From contig JAYPJE010000053.1 in NCBI GenBank assembly GCA_038128265.1, forward strand, positions 1-25,570: a stretch of DNA of 25,570 bases, written 5' to 3'. A program made the position numbers and the translations under genes. Every line of letters begins with the position of its first letter. The first letter of the stretch is position 1. The DNA comes from Gemmatimonadota bacterium. GTDB lineage: Bacteria > Latescibacterota > UBA2968 > UBA8231. The notes under the pieces were generated by a model, which was given only the letters and a program-made list of their open reading frames with translations, was not told the DNA's origin and did not search any database. Shown here piece by piece: positions 7,724 through 16,781 of this stretch.

Positions 7724-9934
7724 GTGTCCCAGTTTATCGAAGAGCTACCGAGCACAGTCGCCGATAGGGTGCACGCAGTCAAGGAGGCAGACGAGCATGT
7801 GGTAATCCAGGTCGCCACCGATATGGCCGGGCGCGAGCACTTCTCCAACCGCTTTCTCGTAGTCACCTCCAAGCGCCTGCTCGTACTCAGCCCCAATAGC
7901 AGCGACGACGACGTGCTGATGCCCATAGGCCAGATTAAAACGGCTCGCATTGAGCCACTTATTGGCGGCGGCCGACTCGACGTGGAAGGCAGAGAGAGCG
8001 AACCGGCCCAACTCTATTACTCCAATTCGCTAGCGCCGAAGTTTGCCGAAGTAGCCGAGGGAATTAACCTGATCTTGGAGGGCGAAGACCCCAACCTACC
8101 GCTGCAGCTCGACCAGACGCACTGCGCCCAATGCCAGCGACTGCTACCCGAAAAGGGGGGTATCTGCCCTGCGTGCATCAAAAAGAGCGACACGCTCAAA
8201 CGCCTGCTGCGCTATATGATTCCCTATAAGGGGCGCGCACTGGTGCTGATTGCCCTGACGCTCTTTACTTCGCTGATCGAATTAGCCCCGCCCTACATCG
8301 CCAAACACATTATCGACGACGTCCTCACCGCACAGGGCGGAGTCGACCTGCTCTATCTCTACGTCGGCATGCTCTTTGCCCTAGCCATTGTCCGCTGGGT
8401 GGGCAACGTAGTGCGGCGCTGGCTCAACACCTGGGTCGGCTTCCGCGCCATTGCCGATTTGCGCGCTGATCTATTTCGCGCCATGCAGTTTCTGCCGCTG
8501 CGCTTCTACGACAAGCGCAAGGTCGGCTCACTGATCGCCCGTATGAATAACGATTCCGACCTAGTCGAAGTCTATCTGATATTCGACGCCCCCTTTATTC
8601 TGTCCAACGCGACGATGATCGTCGGCATTCTCGGCCTGCTCTTTTACATGGACTGGCAGCTAACGCTCTACGTGCTGCTGCCGGTACCGCCCATCGTCCT
8701 GGGCTCCAGCCTAATCTGGAACCGCATGCAGGGTTATTGGCGCCGCTGGGGTGCGCGCTGGTCGCGTCTGTCGACCCACCTAAACGAGTCCATTGGCGGC
8801 ATCCGCATCGTCAAGGCCTTCGCTCAGGAGCAGCGCGAAAGCACGCGCTTTGACCGCCATAACCACGCTCTGCGCGACGTCAGCGTCAGCGCTGAGCGCT
8901 CGTGGCTGGTGTTCTTTATGATCACCAACTTCTTCATGAGCTTTGGTGCGTTTTTCGTGTGGTACGTCGGCGGCGCGCAAATCCTCGACGGCCAGCTACA
9001 GCTGGGTGCGTTAATGGCTTTTATTTCCTACCTGTGGATGCTCTACCAGCCGCTCAAGTGGTTTGGCGATTTCTACAGCTTTATGGTCCGCGCTTTTGCC
9101 GGCGCCGAGCGCATCTTTGAAGTAATCGACGCCCGTTCCGAACCCTTCGAAGAAGCCAACGCGCTGCCGATGCCGGATATGCGCGGACGCGTGCATTTCA
9201 AGAAAGCCGCCTTCGCCTACGATCCCGGAAAAATCGTGCTGCGCGATATCGAACTCGAAGTGCAACCGGGCGAAATGATCGGCTTGGTGGGGCGTTCGGG
9301 CGTGGGCAAGAGCACGTTGATCAACCTCATTACGCGCTTTTACGACGCCTCCCGCGGCCGCGTGGAAATCGACGGGGTCGACATTCGTTCGATACGCTTA
9401 GAAGACCTGCGCTCGCAGATTGGCCTCGTCGCTCAGCAGTCGTTTCTCTTTAACGGCACCATTGCCGACAATATCGCCTACGGCAAGCCCGGCGCCTCCT
9501 TTGAAGAGATCCTGCGCGCCGCGCGCGCGGCCAACGCACACGAGTTTATCGTCAACAAAACCGACGGCTACGATATGATTGTCGGCGAACAGGGCAACAA
9601 GCTATCGGGCGGCGAGAAACAGCGCATTGCCATAGCGCGCGCCATCCTGCACGACCCCAAGATCCTCATACTCGACGAGGCGACGTCTTCACTAGACACG
9701 CCAACGGAGAAGAAAATTCAGGAGGCCATCGCCCGGCTGGTAAAGGGGCGCACAACGTTTGCAATCGCCCACCGCCTGTCGACCTTGCGCAGCGCCCATC
9801 GCCTCGTCGTGCTCGACGGGGGTAAGATCGCCGAAGTCGGCACGCACGAAGAGTTGATGGCGCGACGGGGAATCTTTTATAATTTGGTGCAGACCCAGCA
9901 GGCCACATCGGCCGTTATGGCTAAGGAGAACTGA
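7724..9934 (+). CDS. Paralogous ABC half-transporter with the same N-terminal domain and Cys4 Zn-ribbon
   Basis: Motifs CAQC-x10-CPAC, GRSGVGKS, LSGGEKQR, ILILDEAT and IAHRLST. The GTG start lies 2 nt after the previous stop. Confidence 0.92.
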   Translation: MSQFIEELPSTVADRVHAVKEADEHVVIQVATDMAGREHFSNRFLVVTSKRLLVLSPNSSDDDVLMPIGQIKTARIEPLIGGGRLDVEGRESEPAQLYYSNSLAPKFAEVAEGINLILEGEDPNLPLQLDQTHCAQCQRLLPEKGGICPACIKKSDTLKRLLRYMIPYKGRALVLIALTLFTSLIELAPPYIAKHIIDDVLTAQGGVDLLYLYVGMLFALAIVRWVGNVVRRWLNTWVGFRAIADLRADLFRAMQFLPLRFYDKRKVGSLIARMNNDSDLVEVYLIFDAPFILSNATMIVGILGLLFYMDWQLTLYVLLPVPPIVLGSSLIWNRMQGYWRRWGARWSRLSTHLNESIGGIRIVKAFAQEQRESTRFDRHNHALRDVSVSAERSWLVFFMITNFFMSFGAFFVWYVGGAQILDGQLQLGALMAFISYLWMLYQPLKWFGDFYSFMVRAFAGAERIFEVIDARSEPFEEANALPMPDMRGRVHFKKAAFAYDPGKIVLRDIELEVQPGEMIGLVGRSGVGKSTLINLITRFYDASRGRVEIDGVDIRSIRLEDLRSQIGLVAQQSFLFNGTIADNIAYGKPGASFEEILRAARAANAHEFIVNKTDGYDMIVGEQGNKLSGGEKQRIAIARAILHDPKILILDEATSSLDTPTEKKIQEAIARLVKGRTTFAIAHRLSTLRSAHRLVVLDGGKIAEVGTHEELMARRGIFYNLVQTQQATSAVMAKEN

Positions 9935-9937
9935 GCA

Positions 9938-10489
9938 ATGGCTGCAGACAGTGCGGATAGTGCGGAGAAGAAAGATCCGGTTATTACACCCATAACGGTG
10001 ACGCATCCCGAACAGGTAGACGTCGAGACGCTGCGCCTCTTTCGCGAACCAGCGTGGACGCTGCGCCTAACTATTGGAGAGGATCGATCGTATACGCGCG
10101 TCAAGATCGTGCGCGCCGCGCCGCTTTCGCACCCCGACCAATACATTTCCTTCCTCGACGCCAAAGACGAGGAAATCTGCATGGTTGACGACCTCAAGCA
10201 AATGGACGACGCGGCGCGCAGCATTATCAAAGAGGAGTTGGATCGGCGATACCTCACCTCGACCGTACAGCGCGTTGAGTCCATACGCAATGAATTTGGC
10301 ACCTCGTATTGGGACGTGCAGACCGATCGCGGACAGCGCGAGTTTGTAGTGCAGAACGTAGCGGAAAATGCCCAGTGGCTTGGCGACCACCGCCTGCTAA
10401 TCATCGACGTGGACGGCAATCGCTTTGAAATACCGCATTTAGAAGCGCTCGACAAACGCAGTTTGAGCATGGTTGAACAGGTATTATAG
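9938..10489 (+). CDS. DUF1854 family protein
   Basis: VRAAPLSHPDQYISFLD...E, EELDRRY, WDVQTDRG and LLIIDVDGNRF.IP..LD..S match the recalled DUF1854 pattern. Its position after this type of ABC transporter fits. Confidence 0.85.
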   Translation: MAADSADSAEKKDPVITPITVTHPEQVDVETLRLFREPAWTLRLTIGEDRSYTRVKIVRAAPLSHPDQYISFLDAKDEEICMVDDLKQMDDAARSIIKEELDRRYLTSTVQRVESIRNEFGTSYWDVQTDRGQREFVVQNVAENAQWLGDHRLLIIDVDGNRFEIPHLEALDKRSLSMVEQVL

Positions 10490-10511
10490 CCGCCGATTAG
10501 CGGAGCCCTAA

Positions 10512-11663
10512 TTAGCGCGACACCGCTTCGCGCAGGATATCCAAGTAGCGCTCGCCATAGCCTTCGTATTCCAACCCCTCGCTGAACATCTGACCTGAAT
10601 CGCTGTCATCTCGCGCAGTTGCCGGAGCGCGAATGACCGGTTCGATCTGCGTATCCTCATGCCATTCGTTCCACGACGTAATTAGCAGCATATGGCCGGT
10701 CGAATCGTCGGTGTAATCGACGGCCTGTTCCAGCATGGCGCGGAACAGCGAACCAAACTCCGCCTCTGCGTCGAGCTTGCGCGACGTGGCGGCATGCCCC
10801 TCGCGCACGCCCTTGTCGTTAAAGCCCGGCGTAGCGGCCGGAATAAAAGCCGCACCCGCCGCATGCGCCTTTTCGCGCCAGCGCGCCTGCGCGGCGTAAT
10901 AGCGATCGACCGCTCCCTGGCCGGCGTAGCCCTGAGCGCCCATGCTACCGTAGACGTCGTAGTTGGTCACCGCATCGAGCAGACTCAGCGCTTCTACCGT
11001 AGCCGGCGGCTGACCAAACACCTGGTCACCGACGATGTAGAGTTCGTGTCCGGCTTGTGCAGCGGCTGCGCGCATGGCACCAACGACCGGCTCCAGCGTG
11101 CCGTTGCGCGACAGCACGCGCGTCAGATAGACAAAGAGCACGGGGTTTCCATCTATGCGCAAGTAGTTGGGGTGATCGAAGTAGTGCTCGGCCATGTAGG
11201 TCACATCGGGACCAACCGCGTCAAATTCGGCAAAGTTTTGCGTGCGGCCGGTCGTCTCGTAAAACAGCGCGATGCGCATATCGCCCAACTCGGTATGCGG
11301 TAGCACCGCTTCTAAGAGGGTGCGATCCTCGCGCTTGCCCGGGCCCCACCAGCTGGCCACCCACAGCGATACGCGCGCCTGGCGACTCCAGGCCAAATGC
11401 TGTGCGACCACGGCACTTTCGCGATCGTCATACTCGCCCAGCACGGGATACTGCGGCGGCACGAGGTGTTCGCGCAGATAGCGGCCACCGTGAAAGTCGC
11501 CACCGTACCACGGATAGTAATAGACGCCGACCGCATAGGGCGATGACCCATTCTCTTCGCTGCGCATTGCATCTTCTCCGCTGCAGGAAACGGCTACTGC
11601 TGCAAGTAGCACTAGGGCGTATATCGCCTGTGCCCGAGTGCGGGCTCCCGCACAGGCGTTCAT
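10512..11663 (-). CDS. GH99-like glycoside hydrolase, probable lipoprotein
   Basis: Motifs YYYPWYG, PVLGEYD, SWWG, HPNYLRIDGNPVLFVY, PGFND and ITSWNEWHE (ExxE catalytic pair). The hydrophobic leader ends in AVSC. ATG 11663 overlaps the glcF TGA. Confidence 0.8.
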   Translation of the reverse strand: MNACAGARTRAQAIYALVLLAAVAVSCSGEDAMRSEENGSSPYAVGVYYYPWYGGDFHGGRYLREHLVPPQYPVLGEYDDRESAVVAQHLAWSRQARVSLWVASWWGPGKREDRTLLEAVLPHTELGDMRIALFYETTGRTQNFAEFDAVGPDVTYMAEHYFDHPNYLRIDGNPVLFVYLTRVLSRNGTLEPVVGAMRAAAAQAGHELYIVGDQVFGQPPATVEALSLLDAVTNYDVYGSMGAQGYAGQGAVDRYYAAQARWREKAHAAGAAFIPAATPGFNDKGVREGHAATSRKLDAEAEFGSLFRAMLEQAVDYTDDSTGHMLLITSWNEWHEDTQIEPVIRAPATARDDSDSGQMFSEGLEYEGYGERYLDILREAVSR

Positions 11664-12952
11664 ACGCCCGGCACATTGGCCGGGCGCGGACCGCCCGTTG
11701 CCCAATCGAGCAGCTCGACGGTGTGCACTACCGGCACCTTCAGACCGCGGGCAATCTGCTCCATACAGCCGATATTGCCGGCCGCTACGATCTGCGGCTG
11801 CACGCGCTCGATCTGCTCGACCTTGCGCTCCTGTAGGCGCTTGGCCATTTCCGGCTGCAGCATGTTATAGGTGCCGGCGCTGCCGCAGCAAATATGCCCC
11901 TCGGGCACTTCGGCCACGTCAAAGCCGGCCGCCTGCAGCAGCTCTCGAGGCGCGCTCTTAATATGCTGGCCGTGCTGCAGCGAACAGGCGTCGTGGTAGG
12001 CCACGCGCAGACCCGCCGCACGCTTTGCTTCGCCCAAACCAAGCTCTGCTACGACCTCCGTTATATCGCGCACGCGCTCGACGACGGCTTTAGCCTTATC
12101 GGCCAGTTTGGGATCGTGGCGAAATAGATAGTCGTACTCGCGCACGGCCGTAGCGCATCCAGACGTATTGAGCACGATGGCATCCAACCCGTCGCCTGCG
12201 ATCTCCCCGTGCCACACTTCAATCATGTGCTGCATCAGTTTGCGGCTGCGACGTCGCTCGCCCATGTGAAACGTCAGCGCACCGCAGCAGCCCGTATTGT
12301 TTGGGATAACGACTTCGGCCCCCAAGCGCGTCAGCAGGCGCACCGTCGCATCGTTGATCTGCGGCCCCAGCACCGACTGCGCACAGCCCGTTAACAGCGC
12401 CACCCGCAGGCGCTTCTCCCCCACTGCCGGAATGACGCCAGGCCTGGCAACCTGAGCAGGGCGCGGCAGGTGCTTAGGCGCCATGTCGAGCAGGGGCCCC
12501 ATATTATTGGGAAGCAGAAAAGAAAGCGTGCGCCCCAAACCCGACATCTTGAGGGCCATGCGAAAGCGCGCAGGGTATGGCAGCAGCAGCGTCAGCAGCC
12601 GGCGCAGCAGGCGATCGGCTAAAGTCCGCTTGACCTTTTTTTCCAGTCGCGGGCGCGCCTCTTCCAACAAACGCGAATAGTCGACGCCGCTTGGGCAGGT
12701 CGTCTCACACGATAGGCACCCAAGGCAATTGTCGATATGCTGCAGTGTCTCGCGACTGGGTGCTATATGGCCTTCCAGCGTGCTCTTCATCAGATAGATG
12801 CGGCCGCGTGGCCCCTCCAATTCGCTGCCCGTCAGCAAATACGTCGGACAGGTCGCATTGCAAAAACCGCAGTGCACGCAGGCGCGCAGGGCCTCTTCGG
12901 CATCTTTTATATCGGGATCTTGCAGCAGGTGCGGCGCAATCTCCGTGCGCAT
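11660..12952 (-). CDS. glcF: Glycolate oxidase iron-sulfur subunit
   Basis: CVHCGFCNATCP and CLGCLSCETTCP (two [4Fe-4S] sites), GPRGRIYL, and two CCG domains (GCCG; YHDAC...CCGSAGTYN). GGGAGG RBS. Confidence 0.92.
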   Translation of the reverse strand: MRTEIAPHLLQDPDIKDAEEALRACVHCGFCNATCPTYLLTGSELEGPRGRIYLMKSTLEGHIAPSRETLQHIDNCLGCLSCETTCPSGVDYSRLLEEARPRLEKKVKRTLADRLLRRLLTLLLPYPARFRMALKMSGLGRTLSFLLPNNMGPLLDMAPKHLPRPAQVARPGVIPAVGEKRLRVALLTGCAQSVLGPQINDATVRLLTRLGAEVVIPNNTGCCGALTFHMGERRRSRKLMQHMIEVWHGEIAGDGLDAIVLNTSGCATAVREYDYLFRHDPKLADKAKAVVERVRDITEVVAELGLGEAKRAAGLRVAYHDACSLQHGQHIKSAPRELLQAAGFDVAEVPEGHICCGSAGTYNMLQPEMAKRLQERKVEQIERVQPQIVAAGNIGCMEQIARGLKVPVVHTVELLDWATGGPRPANVPGV

Positions 12953-13045
12953 TATATTGCCTCCCTCACTCTATGGGCGCCTTCGAGCGGCGTATAACCA
13001 CGCAACGCACCACGTCGCGCGGCGCCTGGTAGGGCGCGCCCTTGC

Positions 13046-13516
13046 TCATACATCTTCACCTCGCAGCCAGCGCGAGAGCGCCTTGTCCGGCGCGGGAATT
13101 TCCGCCAGCGAAGCGTAGTAATAATCCTGCCATCCTCGACGCGGCAAGCCGGTAAACACCATCAGGTTTAGCGGATACGCTTCGCAGTCGGTGCAGCGGC
13201 GGAAATCGTCGCGAAAGAGAAAGGTCTTTTTGCCCAGTGCAATCGCAGCGCCCAGCTCGATCATGACGCCCTCGTCGGGCGGCGTGCCGTTGACAATAGC
13301 AAAGATCGCATCGGCCTCTACCACGTCGCGCAGATCGGCGCGGCCCACTTCGTACGCCCAGCCTTCCTTGGAAAAATCCACCTGGTTGTTGCGCGCGAAC
13401 GGCTCCCACACCTCGGCGCCAAGCCCCTCTAAAGCGAGCACGAAGTCGGGTAGCAGCTTCTCTTTCCACTGCGCAGAGAAACCGTAGGGCGAGGCCAGAT
13501 AAATTGTCTTTTTCAT
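13046..13516 (-). CDS. Nucleoside 2-deoxyribosyltransferase family protein
   Basis: Motifs IYLASPYGFS, WEPF, DL..V..AD and GTPPDEGVMIELG.A.ALGK. Confidence 0.85.
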   Translation of the reverse strand: MKKTIYLASPYGFSAQWKEKLLPDFVLALEGLGAEVWEPFARNNQVDFSKEGWAYEVGRADLRDVVEADAIFAIVNGTPPDEGVMIELGAAIALGKKTFLFRDDFRRCTDCEAYPLNLMVFTGLPRRGWQDYYYASLAEIPAPDKALSRWLRGEDV

Positions 13517-13544
13517 AGGCTATAAGAAAGAGGGCTGCGGCGAA

Positions 13545-13573
13545 TTGGCGCAAGCGGACGGGCGGCCTATCTT
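13545..13573 (+). promoter_or_regulatory. Sigma70-type promoter for murB, implying a very short leader
   Basis: TTGGCG (13545-13550), N17, TATCTT (13568-13573). The ATG at 13584 has no SD. Confidence 0.45.
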
Positions 13574-13583
13574 ATTTTTTGCC

Positions 13584-14624
13584 ATGACGATCCTACCTAC
13601 CCATATCGCCGAGCGCATCGAGTTAGCCCCCCATACTACGCTAAAACTGGGCGGCCCGGCGCGCTATTTTGCCACCTGCAGCACGCTTGAACAGCTGCGC
13701 CGGTGCCTGCAGTGGGCCGAAGCGAGCGACCTGCGCGTGCAGGTGCTAGGCGGCGGCAGCAACGTCGTCTTTGCCGACGATGGCTTTGACGGAATCGTGC
13801 TCAAAGTAGGGCTGCGCGGCATCCAATTTACCGGAGAGCGTGCCGTCGTCGCCGCCGGCGAAGTCTGGGATACCTTTGTCGCGCAGAGCGTCGAGCGCGG
13901 CCTAGCCGGCGTCGAGTGTCTATCGGGCATACCCGGTCAGGTGGGCGCCACGCCTATTCAGAACGTCGGCGCCTACGGACAGGAAGTGCGGGAGACGATC
14001 GAGTCAGTCCGTGCCCTTGACCGCCAGACGCTAGAGGAAGTCGAGTTTTCTAACGCGGAATGCCGGTTTGACTACCGCGATAGCCGCTTTAAGAGCGCGG
14101 AGCGCGACCGTTACATCGTAACGGAAGTGCGCTATGCGTTACGCGGCGACGGGCGACCCCAGCTGCGCTACGCCGAACTACGAGACAACATGCGGGGGAC
14201 GGATCTACCCGCAGCCGGCCCCACAGCCCTTCAGGCCGTGCGCGACGCCGTGCTTGCGGTGCGCGGCAGCAAGTCCATGCTGGTTGATGCGGACGATCCC
14301 AATAGCTGTTCGGCCGGTTCGTTCTTTGTAAATCCAGTCGTGTCTACAGAGCGCGCACAGCAGCTGCGGGCGCAGTGGCACGACATGCCCTCATTTGCCG
14401 ATGCCAGCGGCGTTAAGATTCCCGCTGCCTGGCTTGTTGAAAACGCCGGATTTACCAAGGGACAGCGCCACGGCGGCGTCGGCATTTCGCAAAAACACGC
14501 GCTGGCATTGATCAACTGCGGCGGCAGCAGCGACCAACTGCTCGAACTGGCATCGCGCATACAGCGCGCGGTGGAAGAGCGCTTCGCCATTCACCTAGAG
14601 CGCGAGCCCGTCGTCGTAACATAG
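13584..14624 (+). CDS. murB: UDP-N-acetylenolpyruvoylglucosamine reductase
   Basis: Motifs HTTLKLGGPA, LGGGSN, GIPGQVGATPIQNVGAYG, YRDSRFK, SAGSFFVNP, KHALALIN and LEREP. Confidence 0.95.
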   Translation: MTILPTHIAERIELAPHTTLKLGGPARYFATCSTLEQLRRCLQWAEASDLRVQVLGGGSNVVFADDGFDGIVLKVGLRGIQFTGERAVVAAGEVWDTFVAQSVERGLAGVECLSGIPGQVGATPIQNVGAYGQEVRETIESVRALDRQTLEEVEFSNAECRFDYRDSRFKSAERDRYIVTEVRYALRGDGRPQLRYAELRDNMRGTDLPAAGPTALQAVRDAVLAVRGSKSMLVDADDPNSCSAGSFFVNPVVSTERAQQLRAQWHDMPSFADASGVKIPAAWLVENAGFTKGQRHGGVGISQKHALALINCGGSSDQLLELASRIQRAVEERFAIHLEREPVVVT

Positions 14625-14654
14625 CGCGCTGGCTCGACACACAGAGGACGCGGC

Positions 14655-15359
14655 ATGGCTACGATTTTTGTACTGCAGAATGCACAGCCGGAAAATCTAG
14701 GAATTATAGGTCAGATCTTCACCCAGTACGGACTGCAGGCTGAGTATATACGCACCTTTGAAGGAGAGCCGGTGCCGCGCTATATGGACGATGCCGCCGG
14801 GCTCGTCGTGCTGGGCGGCCCGATGAGCGTCTACGAAAACAATCGCTACCCGTTTCTCAACGACGCCATGCGCCTTGTCGACCAGGCACTCAAGCGGGAA
14901 AAGCCCATTCTCGGCATTTGCCTAGGCAGCCAGCTGCTGGCCGCAGCGCTCGGCGCCAATGTCTATGCAAACGGGGAAAGGGAAATTGGCTGGCACAACG
15001 TCACACTGCACGATCCCGGCGCCGATGCCCTATGCGCCGGCATGCGCTCGCCCTTTGTCGGCTTTCACTGGCACGGCGACGTCTTTGATCTGCCCGACGG
15101 CGCCCGCAGCCTGGGCACTTCCGACCGGACCGCACACCAATTTTTTTCCTACGGCGACAGGAGCTATGGCGCGCTCTTTCACATGGAAGTAACCGAGCAA
15201 ATCATCGCCGATATGACCGAGGTCTTTGCCGACGAGGTCAAACAATTGGGATTGGATGGTGCCGCCATCCGAGCGGAATCGCAGCGCCACCTCAAAGCCC
15301 TGCACGACAACGCGCGCATATTCTACCAACAGTGGGCGGCGCTGTGCCTGCAAGCCTGA
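14655..15359 (+). CDS. Stand-alone class I glutamine amidotransferase-like hydrolase
   Basis: Motifs LGGPMSV, GICLGSQ nucleophile, HWHGD and FHME give a Cys-His-Glu triad. GAGGA RBS. Confidence 0.88.
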   Translation: MATIFVLQNAQPENLGIIGQIFTQYGLQAEYIRTFEGEPVPRYMDDAAGLVVLGGPMSVYENNRYPFLNDAMRLVDQALKREKPILGICLGSQLLAAALGANVYANGEREIGWHNVTLHDPGADALCAGMRSPFVGFHWHGDVFDLPDGARSLGTSDRTAHQFFSYGDRSYGALFHMEVTEQIIADMTEVFADEVKQLGLDGAAIRAESQRHLKALHDNARIFYQQWAALCLQA

Positions 15360-15366
15360 TGGCTCG

Positions 15367-16644
15367 CTACCAGTAGCGCATAGCCGCGGCAAAGAGCGCT
15401 GCCAGCTCTTCCTCTCCAGCCGCACGCGGCGATAGCTTGGTCACGCGGTGCTGCGGCAGCGTGCCCTGCACCAGCGCCGGAATATGCTCTTCTCCATAGC
15501 CTAGGGCGCTCAGCCCGTTGGGCAGCTCGAGTTGGCGCATCAATTCGACGATGCGCGCAGCCAGCACCTCACCCGCTTGCTCGAGGTCCACACCGTCTAC
15601 GCGCGCACCCAGCACCTCGGCGGCGTGTAGATGCCGCTCCGGGCAGGCCGGAGCCGTAAAGCGAAAGACGGCCGGCGCGTTGACGATGACGGCAATCCCG
15701 TGCGGCACCAGCGGATAGTCAATGGCATAGCCGGGCGGAACAAACGCCTTTATCATGCCGGCTACCGGGTAGGACATGCCGTGCGGCAGGTGCACTCCGG
15801 CATTGCCAAAGCCAATGCCGGCCAGCGCCGAGGCCATAATCATCTGCGCGCGCGCCTCGTCGTCTTCCGGGTCCGCTACGGCACGCGGCAGATAGTCAGC
15901 CACCAAACGCAGTGCCTGCAGCGACCACAGGTCGCTGATTGGATTGGCGCCCTGGTAGGCAGGTCGCAGCTGTGGACGCTCGGGACGCGGACGCCTGTCG
16001 TAGGGAATCGCCGTATAGGACTCGAGCGCGTGGCTCAGAACATCGAGCCCCGTCGATGCCGCCACGGCAGCGGGCATCGTGCGCGTGTTGTCGGGATCGA
16101 CCAGACCTAAGGTCGGTTTCAGATAGCGGTGAGCAATGCCCGTCTTCGCTTGCATCTCTACATAGTCGAAAATCGCTACACCAGTCGTCTCGCTGCCGGT
16201 GCCGGCCGTTGTTGGAATAGCGATCAGTGGCTTGGTCGGTCCCGGCACGGGCTGGCCCTGGCCAATGGGTGCATTGACGTAGGTGAGGAAATCGGCCGGA
16301 TAGCTCGTATAGAGATTGGCCGCCTTAGCCGTATCGATTGTCGAACCGCCGCCAATGGCGACAAACGCGTCGAAATCGCCTTCCTTGGCAAAGGCAATGG
16401 CTTCTCGAAACGACGCGTCTGTGGGCTCGACGCGGACGCAGTCAAAGACGGCAAAGTCGACGCCCTCCGCTCGCATGGAATCCTGTGCGACCTGCACCGG
16501 CGGCAGGTCGCGTAACGTCTGGTCGGTCAGCACCATAACGCGCTTCAGACCGCGGTCTCTCAGGTCCATCCCCACCTCGCGCGTGATGCCCGTGCCAAAG
16601 CGGATATTGGATGCTGCCATCTCAAATGCCGTGTCGCGCTCCAT
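15367..16644 (-). CDS. Hydroxyacid-oxoacid transhydrogenase (ADHFE1/HOT-type Fe-ADH)
   Basis: Motifs GGGSTIDTAKAANL, YVNAPIGQG, PTTAGTGSETT, DVLSHALES, RPAYQGANPISD, GNAGVHLPHGMSYP and PHGIAV. AGGAG lies 7 nt before ATG 16644. Confidence 0.88.
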   Translation of the reverse strand: MERDTAFEMAASNIRFGTGITREVGMDLRDRGLKRVMVLTDQTLRDLPPVQVAQDSMRAEGVDFAVFDCVRVEPTDASFREAIAFAKEGDFDAFVAIGGGSTIDTAKAANLYTSYPADFLTYVNAPIGQGQPVPGPTKPLIAIPTTAGTGSETTGVAIFDYVEMQAKTGIAHRYLKPTLGLVDPDNTRTMPAAVAASTGLDVLSHALESYTAIPYDRRPRPERPQLRPAYQGANPISDLWSLQALRLVADYLPRAVADPEDDEARAQMIMASALAGIGFGNAGVHLPHGMSYPVAGMIKAFVPPGYAIDYPLVPHGIAVIVNAPAVFRFTAPACPERHLHAAEVLGARVDGVDLEQAGEVLAARIVELMRQLELPNGLSALGYGEEHIPALVQGTLPQHRVTKLSPRAAGEEELAALFAAAMRYW

Positions 16645-16717
16645 TGCCATTCTCCTCGCTTGCGCTCGTTCACACCATAGAAAACGTTCACTCCGCGCGC
16701 CTGTCAATATGCCCCCC

Positions 16718-16746
16718 TTGCGTCCACCACAGCACCGTGCTACACT
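16718..16746 (+). promoter_or_regulatory. Sigma70 promoter with extended -10 for the glnA4-like operon
   Basis: TTGCGT (16718-16723), N17, TACACT (16741-16746), with TG at 16738-16739. Confidence 0.55.
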
Positions 16747-16781
16747 ACCGTCAACACCCTATAACGCTCGCGGAACGCATC

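Noticed and set aside
7719..7726. TAG readthrough fusing the two ABC halves, or pyrrolysine
   Set aside because: The second gene is in a different frame with its own GTG, and the TAG-ending genes appear full length.
12953..13045. Possible structured RNA or riboswitch upstream of glcF
   Set aside because: Only short GC palindromes such as AGGGCGCGCCCT are present, which are expected at this GC content. I see no recognisable aptamer.
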